A stretch of 64,000 nt of DNA from Fonticula alba ATCC 38817 (taxonomy: Eukaryota > Protista > Nucleariida), in assembly GCA_000388065.2 (NCBI GenBank), contig KB932204.1, one strand, 5' to 3'. Below are positions 24,250 through 34,399 of this stretch, piece by piece; position 1 is the stretch's first letter; the number at the start of each line of letters is the position of its first letter. The position numbers and the translations under genes were made by a program. The notes below the pieces were generated by a model. It was not told where the DNA came from. It was given only the letters and a program-made list of their open reading frames with translations, and did no database searches.

Positions 24250-26256
24250 ATGCTCCCCGTCGCCCGTCTCGGCTCGCGGCTAGTCCAAACGTCCACCCTG
24301 CGCGGGATCCGCCTCCCCCTCCTGGCATCGGCCCACTTCTCTTCGGGGCCGATCGGCGGGCCGCGGGTGGCCATTGTTGGCAGTGGTCCTGCGGGCTTCT
24401 ACACGGCGGACCGGCTGCTGCGGCGGGCCGGTGCCGCGAGCCAGGCGGCTCCCGAGGCCGATGGCTCTGCCACAAGTGCCGCCTTGCGCATTGACATCCT
24501 GGAGAGTCTGCCAGTGCCCTTTGGCTTGGCCCGGCACGGGGTGGCCCCGGACCACCAGGCCATGAAGCAGTGCATCAACCGGTTTGATGCGCTGCTGGCC
24601 GAGCAGCGGGAGGCCGCGGAATCGGCAACCGGGCAGCCGCAGCTCCGGTGGTTTGGTAATGTGACGGTCGGGGCCGGTCCGCCGGCTCCCTGCGGGGCGC
24701 CGGTTCCCGAGGGCCCCCCCCCACCGGCTCTGTCATTGGCGGCCCTTCGCTCGGCCTACGACGCGGTGATCCTTGCCCATGGGGCTCAGGATGGCCGCGA
24801 CCTCGGGGTGCCGGTGGTGGATGTGGCCACCGGCCGGCCGCTGCATGCCACCTCCCGCGGCACGGCTGCCCATGGCGCCGCCCTCGAGCGCATGCTGGTC
24901 AATCTCCTGCCCGCGCGCGATTTCGTCTGTTGGTACAATGGCCAGACAGACCACACCGAGTGTCCGGTCCCGGCGCTGGCAGCCCCGGCGGCGGCCTGGC
25001 TGCCGGTTTCGGCGTCCGAGCTGGCGCCCGGGCTGACCGGAGTTCGCGTGGCCGAGTTGCCCGCGGGAGCCGGGGCCCGGGCCCTGGTTGTGGGCAATGG
25101 CAATGTGGCCCTCGATGTGGCACGGGCTCTGCTGCGCGGGGATCGGGCCTTCGAGAAGTTGGATGTCCCCCGTGCCGGGGTGCTGGAGGTGCTTCGGCGC
25201 CATGCCGCAGCGCCGGGAGACCGACGCATCCGCCATGTGGAGGTCATTGGCCGGCGTGGCCCCGCGGAGGTTAGCTTCACCATCAGCGAACTGCGTGAGC
25301 TGGTGGGCGCGGCCATTGCCCGCCACGCCGGGCAGGCGCCGGATCCCGAAAAGTTCCCCCTCGACGCGGCGGATCCCCCCGGGGAGGAGGTGGTCCTTGT
25401 GGTGCCGGAGAAGGCGCTGGTTTTGCAGGCGCTGGATGCGGCCCCGGCGCCGGCCCGGCCGCGCGTCCGCCTGCTGGCACTCCTGCGCCAGGCGGTCGAG
25501 GCGGCGGTCGACCCGGCCGAGGAGCCAAATGTGTACGCCCGTGCCGGGCGCACGCTGACCTTCCGGTTTTTCGCCGCCCCGACAGCCATCCTGGCCCAAG
25601 GCGTGGCCACTCCTGTCGAACCGGAGGGCCCGAGTGCCGACGGCTGCCCGGCCTCCTACTACCAAGTGGCTGGCCTGCGGCTGGGCTTGAGCACGGTGGA
25701 CCCGGCCACCGGCCGTGCCACGCCGCGCAACACCGGCACCGGGCTCGAGACCCAAATCCTCCTGCCGGCTTCGGTGGTCTTGACGTCGGTGGGCTTCCGC
25801 GTGGGGGCCCTGGACGATGAGGCGCCGATCGACACGGCTGCCGGTGCCAATCGCCTGGCCCATGATGGCCAGGGGCGTGTTCTGCCGGCTGGCGAGCCGC
25901 AGCCGCCGGCCGATTCTTCGGGCTCCAGCTCCACGGCCCTGGCCCCGGTCTATTGTGCCGGCTGGGCCAAGACAGGGCCGGTGGGGGTCATTGCCTCGAC
26001 CATGGCCGATGCCTATGCCACGGCTGACGTGGTGTGGGAGGATTTGGCCGCTCGCGGAGGGACTCGTGTTGACACGGCCCCCGGCTTTGAGGGCCTCCCG
26101 ATCGACCACTCCCAGGCCATCACCGCGGCCCAGTGGGCCCTTCTGGACCGGGAGGAGCGTGCCCGCGGCGAGGCGGCCGGTGCCCTTCGGGACAAGATCC
26201 CCAGCCGGGCCGAGCAGCTTCGTCTGTCCCGCGGCGGCTCGGCCAGCCCCGAGTAA
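24250..26256 (+). CDS. FDXR: Mitochondrial NADPH:adrenodoxin (ferredoxin) oxidoreductase, single exon, 668 aa
   Basis: Arg/Ser/Leu-rich presequence; FAD motif IVGSGPAGFY; PFGLARHGVAPDH; FVCWYNG; NADPH motif VVGNGNVALDVAR; GRRGP; AGWAKTGPVGVIAST. Confidence 0.92.
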   Translation: MLPVARLGSRLVQTSTLRGIRLPLLASAHFSSGPIGGPRVAIVGSGPAGFYTADRLLRRAGAASQAAPEADGSATSAALRIDILESLPVPFGLARHGVAPDHQAMKQCINRFDALLAEQREAAESATGQPQLRWFGNVTVGAGPPAPCGAPVPEGPPPPALSLAALRSAYDAVILAHGAQDGRDLGVPVVDVATGRPLHATSRGTAAHGAALERMLVNLLPARDFVCWYNGQTDHTECPVPALAAPAAAWLPVSASELAPGLTGVRVAELPAGAGARALVVGNGNVALDVARALLRGDRAFEKLDVPRAGVLEVLRRHAAAPGDRRIRHVEVIGRRGPAEVSFTISELRELVGAAIARHAGQAPDPEKFPLDAADPPGEEVVLVVPEKALVLQALDAAPAPARPRVRLLALLRQAVEAAVDPAEEPNVYARAGRTLTFRFFAAPTAILAQGVATPVEPEGPSADGCPASYYQVAGLRLGLSTVDPATGRATPRNTGTGLETQILLPASVVLTSVGFRVGALDDEAPIDTAAGANRLAHDGQGRVLPAGEPQPPADSSGSSSTALAPVYCAGWAKTGPVGVIASTMADAYATADVVWEDLAARGGTRVDTAPGFEGLPIDHSQAITAAQWALLDREERARGEAAGALRDKIPSRAEQLRLSRGGSASPE

Positions 26257-26280
26257 CGCGACCGCCGGTTCAAAACAGAC

Positions 26281-26348
26281 ACGCACACGCACGCACACGC
26301 ACGCACACGCACGCACACGCACGCACACGCACGCACACGCACGCACAC
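26281..26348. repeat. 10-bp tandem repeat ACGCACACGC (~6.8 copies), strictly alternating purine-pyrimidine
   Basis: Read directly; begins 25 bp after the FDXR stop codon. Confidence 0.95.
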
Positions 26349-27116
26349 TTTCATACACTCAGCGAGGCTCAGGCCGGCCGCCAGAGGAAGACATGGCGCG
26401 CTGTGAGCGCCCATAGCCGAAGCTCGGCAGACGGCGGGGGGCCAGCGCAAACAGGGCGAGCCTGCGGTTAGCCCATTCGCTTCCGGGGCCGCGATAGCGC
26501 CCTGGTAGCAGCGATAGCCGCTTTGGACGGTGCGCCAGGGCCGCCCGGCCCCGCTGCGAGCCAACGCCATATGCCAACCCATAGACAGCCAATACATCCC
26601 CACTGGCACCTGCCTGATCTCCGGACACCTGCTTCGGTGGCAGGTGCTCCATCGCTGTCCATGTGGCTGGGGTTGGTCGCTCTCCTTGCCTCTGCACGCG
26701 CGCTTTCCCGTCTTCGGCGTCTCGGCCGCCCGTGTTGCAGACGGCGGTGTTGAGCGCACGCGCATGCCGGGGAGGCCGCCGGGTGGGTGGGCGGGCGGGC
26801 GGGCGGGCAAGGCAGGGCACAAGGGCTGGGCGGCGTCCTTCCGAGTGGATGGTGGCCCAGACTGTGGCCTCACCGAGGGGTGATGTGCGGGATGATGAGA
26901 GCCGGGTCAGTGGCCGGGTCGGGGCTTGGGCGCCGCGCGAGGTTACTGCCTCCCCTCCCCCGCCGCTGCGCGCCCCATATCTTTCTCCGCCTCTCCTCCC
27001 CTCCCTGCTCGCCTCCTCCGCATTGCATCTCCTCCCTTTGTGTCTCGCCCGCGAGTCGCCCTCTTCCCCTCCCTTTCGCCTGCTTCCCCTCCTTCCTGTC
27101 TCATCCCCTGAGCGCC

Positions 27117-28839
27117 ATGTCCTCCGCGGTCGATCGCAAGAAGCGCTTTGTCGAGCTCAAGTCCAACCGGATCGAGCATGTGCGTCCTTCTTTTGTGCAG
27201 ACAGGCCGACGGCCATGCTCCCCTCAATGCGCCTACCCCCGCCGATGGGGCGCTTTTGTCTAACCGCTATGTTCTCCCCCCCCCCCCCCTCCTTCCCCTC
27301 GGGTACGAATGTGCACAGCCGAGCTCCATCAGCTTCCCCCCGGTTGGCGCCTATGAGCATGAAGATGTCTTCTCCATCGAGAAGTTCCAGAAGGTCCGTG
27401 TGCTGGCTCGGCAACTGCGCACATGTTTACGCCCTTTCATCCATCTCCCCACCCTTCTCTCTCTCTCTCTTTCCCCTTCTCTCCTCCTTACACTCCTCCC
27501 TCCTGCGGCCGCTTCTCGCCGGCCGGCCGGCCCGCCCGCGGTCACCGTATGCAGACTTTCAAGGTCCAGGTGATCAAGCTGACCGACGACCACATTGAGT
27601 TCGACTTTGTGGGCATTGACGCGGCCCTGGCCAATGCCATCCGGCGCATTCTGCTGGCCGAGGTCCCGACAATGGCCATTGAGAATGTCTATGTCAAGAA
27701 CAACACCAGTGTCCTTCATGACGAGCTCCTCTGCCACCGCCTGGGGCTGATTCCCATCTACGCCGATCCGCGCCAGTTTGACTTCAAGTTCGCCGAGGAC
27801 GAGGCCACCGACATCAATACCATTGTCCTGTCGCTGAATGTCAAGTGCACGCACAATCCCAGCGCTCCGGCCGGCGCCAGCGATCCGAATGTCCGCTACA
27901 TCAACTCCACCGGTGCGCCTGATGTCTGCTGTCCTTTCGCTGTCCGCTCTCCCTCCCCCTCTCCCCCTCCCCCTCCCCTTGTACTCCCTGCTCTATTTCG
28001 GATCACTCCTGACCGCCATTTGCCCTCGCCCACTCTTCCGCTGTCGAACGCACCAGCTTTCTCTCGTGACATCAAGTGGGTGCCCCAGGGACCACAGGCC
28101 GAGCGCTTCGCCGAGGATCCAATCCGCCCGGTGCACGATGCCATCGAGATTATTCGCCTGCGCCCGGGCCAGGAGCTGGACATCGACATGCACTGCGTCA
28201 AGGGCATCGGCAAGATCCACGCCAAGTGGTCCCCCGTGTCGACGGCATTCTACCGCATCATGCCGCAGATCGACATCCTCAAGCCCATCCCCTCGGAGTT
28301 GGTTGACAAGTTCGTTGACTGTTTCTCGCCCGGTGTCATGACCGTGAGCACGGACTCCAAGACCGGCACCAAGACCGTCAGCGTGGCCAACGCCCGCAAT
28401 GACTCCATGAGCCGCGAGGTCATGCGTCACCCGGAGTTCGCGGACTCGGTTCGCATCTCGCGCGTGCGGGACCACTTTATTTGTGCGCCAGTCACCGGCC
28501 TTTCGGCCTCCCGCCCTCCATTCCTTTGATCCGTCTTTGCTTTCGATGATGTCCTTTTCATTTCGCCCGGAATCCCGGCCATCGCTGACTCCGTCACGGT
28601 TCTCTGGCCTTGTCGCCCTCTCTTCCATTGGGGGCCGGGTGGTTGTGCACACCAATGCACTCCTCCCCGCAGTCTCGGTGGAGTCTGTCGGTATGCTGCC
28701 CTCGGCTGTCCTCGTCCAGGAATCCATCAAGGTCCTCCGGGAGAAGGCCATGCGCGTGAAGCTTGAGCTGAACCAGCTGATCACCAACTCCAACGGCGAG
28801 ACTGGTGCCGGGGATGCCGACGTGTCTGAGGCCTCCTAA
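27117..28839 (+). CDS. POLR1C: RNA polymerase I/III shared subunit AC40 (RPAC1/RPC40), multi-exon
   Basis: FDFVGIDAALANAIRRILLAEVPTMAIENVY..NNTSVLHDELLCHRLGLIPI; LRPGQELDIDMHCVKGIGKIHAKWSPVSTAFYR; NARNDSMSREVMRH; VESVGMLP..LVQESIKVLREK. Stop is TAA 28837-28839. Confidence 0.96.
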
Positions 28840-29254
28840 ATGCACATGCCAACCTGGCGACCGATCTCTCCTGGAGGCCGGATTCCGCGCCTCCCTCTCC
28901 TCTGTTGGCTCTTCTCCACAAGGGCAGGGGGGGGGGGGCCGGCAGGCCGCGTGTCGGCGCTCGTCTCTCGGGCTGGGGACATCCCCTCCCCGGCTTCCTT
29001 CCTCCCTCGCGAGCGCCGTGCCCGCAGCCCATCTCCTCCTTTCCCATCTCCTCCTCTCTCCCCCTGTGTGCATGTCACCCCCTCTCACAAATAGATTCTC
29101 GACACCAAGTGCAGCTGCTCCCCTGTGTGGACCGGGAAAGGGAAGAAGAAGAAGAGGAGAAGAAAGAAGACTTAACGCCGGCGATCACATTGGGAATGGT
29201 ATGTGCATCAGCTTGCCCCAGGCCCGTTGAGGGGGTCCCCGTCTGCTCACACCG

Positions 29255-31029
29255 TCAGGCAGTCGAGGGGGCATTGTCCTGGTGAGTGTCGCGCTCATTG
29301 GCCGGAACCGGTGCCAGGGCAGCAATCACCCCCTCATAGCAGGCTACTCCCTCGAGGAACCCCTGGCAGAAGACAAACTCATTGTGGTCGTGCAGCCGGA
29401 CCGGGGTGTTGCGAATGGGCGAGAAGCCGAAAACGTCCAGACCCAGCGACCGGAGGTACCGGCCATCGGTGGCCGCCGGGAAGACCGCCGGCGCCAAGGG
29501 CACCCCATGGTCCACCTCGACGCTCTGGCGCAAGGTTCGCCACCAGACATTGTCCTCGGAGGCCTGGCTCACATAGTGCTCCGGGGTTTTGACGTGGAAG
29601 TTGAATTCGAAAGTCGGCGAGTCGGCTCGCTCGGCGTAGCGCTCCATCTCGGTCCAGCGCTGGAGCAGTGCCTCGACCTCGGCCATGGGGATGGCCGGGG
29701 GGATGCGCACATCAAAGCCGGCTTCGGCCTCCATGGGGATGACATTGAGGGCGTAGCCACCTGGGGACCATGGGCGCGGGTCAGGCGAGGGGAACCGAGA
29801 AGAAAGCGCGACAGCCAACATGAGATCCCGGCAGCAGGTGGGCCCGGGAGAAGGGGGCCCGGATCGTGTCGAAAATATACGCACCCATTGGCGCCGGCCC
29901 GGGAACACCGGACTTGAGCATGGTCAGGTTGAGGGTCAGGACATCACCCAGAGCGGCGGCCACTGAGTGTTTGCAACCGCCGGCATGGAACTTCTCCTGT
30001 GTCCCGGCGTCCAAGAGGGGGCCTGGTGTCAGAAAAAGCGAAATAAGGCAGGTGTTGGCGGGGGGGGGGAGGGGAGGAGGCAGCACCCTGCATGGGGCGA
30101 CAACAGGAGGGGGAGGGGGGGGGGCGGAAAAAGAGAGGAGGACGCGAAGGGCAAAAGCGCACTTCCTGCTGGGCCCGGAAGGCAAAGGCGTTGTTGATGA
30201 AGTTGATCAGGCGCTCCGTGGCGGTGTTGTTGACGAACCGGCTGCCATGGCCGGTGGGGCCGTCGCGCGCGCGCACTGTCAGCCACCATACCGCCCGCTC
30301 GCCATAGAACACATCGAAGCTGTTGGTTTCCGAGGCCAGGCCCTCATCTAGCGCCATGGCCAGGCGCAGGGCCCGGAAGTCCGGCGTCTGCATAAAGGCT
30401 CCCATGCCCTCGGCACCGCCGACCTCCTCGTCCGGCACGAAAGTCAAGACCACGTCCCGGGGAAAGGGAGACACCTAGCAGTAGGGCGCACAAGCACCAG
30501 AATGGCCCCCCCCCACGCAGCCAGTTGGCGTGGTGGTCGACCGGGAGCGTTGCATGGATGTATGGATGCATGTGTGTGTGTGTGCGTGCGTGTGTGTGTG
30601 TGTGTGTGCGTGTGTGAAAATCCGTGAACGTGGGGGCGTGTGTGCGAGGACGACGGGGAGAACAATGACATTGAAGGTCCTGGATCCCGGGCATATTCGA
30701 ATGAAGGCATGCGCACCTGCGATTTGCGGGCCCGCTGAATGGCTCGAATGGCCTCGAGATACTGAATGCACACGGACTTCATGTCCTGCGCACCGCGGCC
30801 ATACAGGCGCCCTTCCTTGATGAGCGGCCGAAAGGGATCGCCCCCGGTCTCGGTCCACTTTTCCGGGAAGGCAGGCACCACGTCATAGTGACTGTTGAGG
30901 AGGATTGCCCGGAGGTTGGGGTCGGTTCCCGGCCAACGGGCAATCAAAATCGGCTTATTGGCAACAGGCTGGCATGCATGGGAGGGTCAGCGTTGGCTGC
31001 CGCAAGTGCAGCTGGCGTCAATCTCGAAG

Positions 31030-31064
<35 letters not shown>

Positions 31065-31362
31065 CAGATACGGATGTCGTGAGACCCAGCTCGGCACAGA
31101 TGCCCGAGAGGAAGGCCACCGCCTCGGCATACGAGCCAGCAGGGCCTTCAGCGGGAGGGGAGATCGCGATAGGTTACGAGGCAGAGGGAAAAGATTGGTG
31201 AGAGGCTGGTGCGGTGAATGAGAACAGAAACCGAAGAGAGAGAGGGAGAAGGCATGCTGCGAGCGCACCCTCGCCAGAGACAGTGCGGATTGCGAGGAAG
31301 GCCGCCAGGTTGGCAATCCGTGGGTCGGCCTGGAAGTCTGCATCAGAGGTGGTGACCGACAT
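29255..31362 (-). CDS. ACY1: Aminoacylase-1 (peptidase M20A family), multi-exon
   Basis: AILLNSHYDVVP; GRLYGRGAQDMKSVCIQYLEA; LTFVPDEEVGG; LDEGLAS..VFYGERAVWW; GPTGHGSRF; VTLNLTMLKSG; FDVRIPP; VFPAATDGRYLR..GFSPIRNTPVRLHDHNEF. Confidence 0.94.
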
Positions 31363-31854
31363 GGCGTGGCAGGATGTGGGGAATGATGAGGGCGAGGGAA
31401 AAGAAGGGATTTCGGGGGGGGGGGGGGAGGAGTAGTGCGGAAAGTGGGTGACAGGAAAATTGGCTGCCACGCTCCTTCACGGGAGAGCGGTGACAGTTCC
31501 CCAAAAAGTCCCGGTCTCAATCTAGCTCATCCTCCGGAGGGATGTTCTCTTCCCTTCTCTCCCTTGCCCTCTCACGCTCTCACGCTCTCACGCTCTTGGC
31601 CGGCGCAGCTCATTAAAAGCGCCTTGCCACTGGCCCCCCTTTCCCGCACACTCCCTCGTCGCGGATTGGGTGCTGGGCGGTACCAGGCCCTGGAATAGTC
31701 GAAACCCGAGGACAACCGGGGCACGCGCCCCCTGGACAGAAGAAAGAGGTCGACGTGCGCATCTCTCTCAGCGCTGGGCCGGCGCTGTTCTCGGGAGAGG
31801 GGGGCTTTATTTGTTGTGTTGCGTGCATTGGCAGTTGGGCCGATCGGGGCGTGC

Positions 31855-33701
31855 TCACTCGGCCGGGGAGGCGGGCCCGGAGGACGGGGCGATCTCACGG
31901 AAGCCCCAGTTGATGCCGATGGCCGCGCGCACATGGACCGAGGCGATGAGGCCCGTTTCGCCGGGCTGGATCTGCGCCTTGAAGGGGCGCTCGGTGTAGA
32001 TGCCGAAGTCCACGACATCCTCAATGTTCCCGGAGTCGACATCCACGTCGAGAGTCACCTCCACCGGGCGCGCGCGGCCATTGACCGCCTCGAAGGTGAC
32101 GTTGGTCGAGCCAGGGCTGGAGGTAATGGTCTGGCGCAGGCGAACATCTTTTTCAACCGGGAGGGGGGGGGAGATACCAAAGAAGGAGAAAGGAAAAGAG
32201 GTCAGTGGTGCGACGAGCGACCCGGCGAGGACACGAAGCGGGAGCACATACCCTGGAGCTCTGACTCCTGGACATTCACCCGCGGAGAGGTGGGCGAGGT
32301 GGGGGAAGCGGGGTTGGATGCCGGAGGAGCGGGCTTCTCAGTGTCAACCGCTGGAGTCACAGGAGCCGGGGCGGCGGCAGGACTCGGGGCCTCAGTTGCG
32401 GGGGGAGGAGTGTCGTCGATGGGAGAGGCCGGGGCGACAGGGGCGACAGGAGCAGCATCGGCAGGAGCAGCATCGGCAGGAGCAGCAGTGGCAGGAGCAG
32501 CATCGGCAGGAGCGGCAGGAGCGGCAGGAGCAGGGGCGGGGGCGGGGGCTGAATCGGCAGTAGTGGCAGGAGCTACATCGGCAGGAGCCGCAGCAGCGGG
32601 GGCAGGCGACACATCCGTCGGAGCCGCAGTACGCGGCCGGGGCGGGGCAGCAGTGGCCTTGGAGGTGGGTGCCAGGCTCAGGGCGGCCAGCGCGGCCAGC
32701 GCATCAGCTGGCAGGGCGGAATCCGGCACGGACACCGGGGCGGGTGCCGAGACACCGGCGTCTTCCGCGGCAGCCACAGCAGGGACACTGGCGGCACCAG
32801 TGGCTGGCTGAGCTGGCGGATGCGCCCCCTCCTCCTGATCCACCAACGGGACATAATGCCACACGGACTCCAGTGCGTCCTCGGCCAGGACGGTGCCCAG
32901 GTTGACACGCTGCCCCGGGGGAATGACCCGGATGAAGGGCAGTTCCGAGGGGTAGGTGGAGATAATGCTGCCGGACTTGGGCTGTGAACCGGCACGCGGG
33001 GGTCAGTATGGCAAGGCAGTTCCCGGCCGGTGGGGACGGGGAGGGCGAGGCGGGGAGAGGCAGTGCAGCGGGAGCAAAGGGAGGGGAGGCCAATCGGGCA
33101 TGCGGCCACGCACCAGCAAGTCCACATGCACCTCGATCGGATCCGAGCGGGTGTTCTCGCACTCGGCCGTGACATGGAGGTGCTCCTTGCCGGTCTCGGG
33201 GGAGGCCTCATTGAAGGTGGCCGAGGTGTGGAGGATGACTCCATCAGACTCGGAGGATCGGCGCTGGGTGTCCAGGACGACCGCGCGGATGCCGGCGCCA
33301 AAGCTGAATGCCCCAGCGCCGGACTTGTCGGCGGCCGCCACGCGGACAAAATCAAACACCGGGTCCTTCGGGCCCACAGTGACCGACACCTCCAGCGGCC
33401 CATTCAACTGGGCCTTGGTGGCATTCAGCGGCTCAAGGGCCACGTTCTCCCCCTCAAAGGTCATGGTCAGGCGGAAGGACATGTCCCCGGTGTTGGCGAT
33501 CGTGTACTCGTAGGTCGGCAGGGTGCCACTCTGGTCAGGACGGAACTCCACGAAGGGGAACCGCGTGAGCACCATGCTGCCCAGGTGCTGGACACTAATT
33601 TCGTCGGACTGGGCACGGTGTCAGCAGCGAAAGAGGCAAGGCACAGGGCGTGGGCGAGAAGCACGACAGGGGCGAGGGCGCGAGCAAGAGCGACGAACCA
33701 T
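31855..33701 (-). CDS. Uncharacterised protein with three predicted beta-sandwich repeats and a Pro/Ala-rich linker
   Basis: Phase-consistent model: ATG (33701-33699), intron, 33608-33114, intron, exon from ~32981 through the PA-rich linker, intron, last exon to the stop at 31855. Each repeat has an N-T/G..V.V.(V/L) strand pattern ending in (V/I)xP(G/K). Function is not recognised. Confidence 0.6.
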
Positions 33702-34399
33702 GGCGGAGCCTGGGTTTTGGGCGGAGAGAACGAGGAGGAGGAGGAGGAGGAGGAGGAGGAGGGCGGCGGGAGCAGGAACAGGGAGGAGGGATCTGCAAGG
33801 AGGCTGTTGCGTGCACCGCCTCGGAGGGGGGCTTTTCACCGTGCTCCGCCCCCCCCCCCCCCATTCAGATGCGGCGGCCAGACCAACACATCACGCATGA
33901 CGACCAGGGGACGGGCCATGTCGACCGAACAGGCCCGCGAAGACGACTCCGGCCAGCTGGATAGCTGGAACTAATATGTGGCAGAGGGTGGGGTCCGGGG
34001 CTCATCGGAACTCGTCCGCCCGACCCCCGGGGTCGCAGGGGGTCCAATGGGCCCTCCGCTGGCACATGTGATTGCCCTGGGCCCGGCCCCCCCCCCCCTC
34101 TGCCCCACTCCTCTCCCCCCATGGAATGAGAGCAAGGACCAAAAAACCGACACAAAGGACAGAAAAAAATAAGAGAAGAGGGGGGGGGGGAGGGGGATCA
34201 GAAGGGCCCCCGCTTTTACGGGCCGCCCGGCATCTCAAGATCCCCCAGCCTTAGTGCCCTGAGGGAGGCCGCCAGCCAAGACTTCCCCCGCCCCCCCCCT
34301 TCCTCCTCTCCCCCTTTCGCCCGCCCCCCTCGCCACTTCGCTCCTCCTCGGCCCTCTTCTCTCTCCCCCCTCTCTCTCCCCCCCCTGCAAATTGCCGCC

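Noticed and set aside
31503-31809. AAAAAGTCCC (31503) and GGGGCTTTA (31801) could pair like the RNase MRP P4 pseudoknot, at an MRP-like distance
   Set aside because: It lacks the G of GAAAGUC, the upstream CR-V AC..A residues and any visible P1 helix. An Infernal RNase_MRP search would be decisive.
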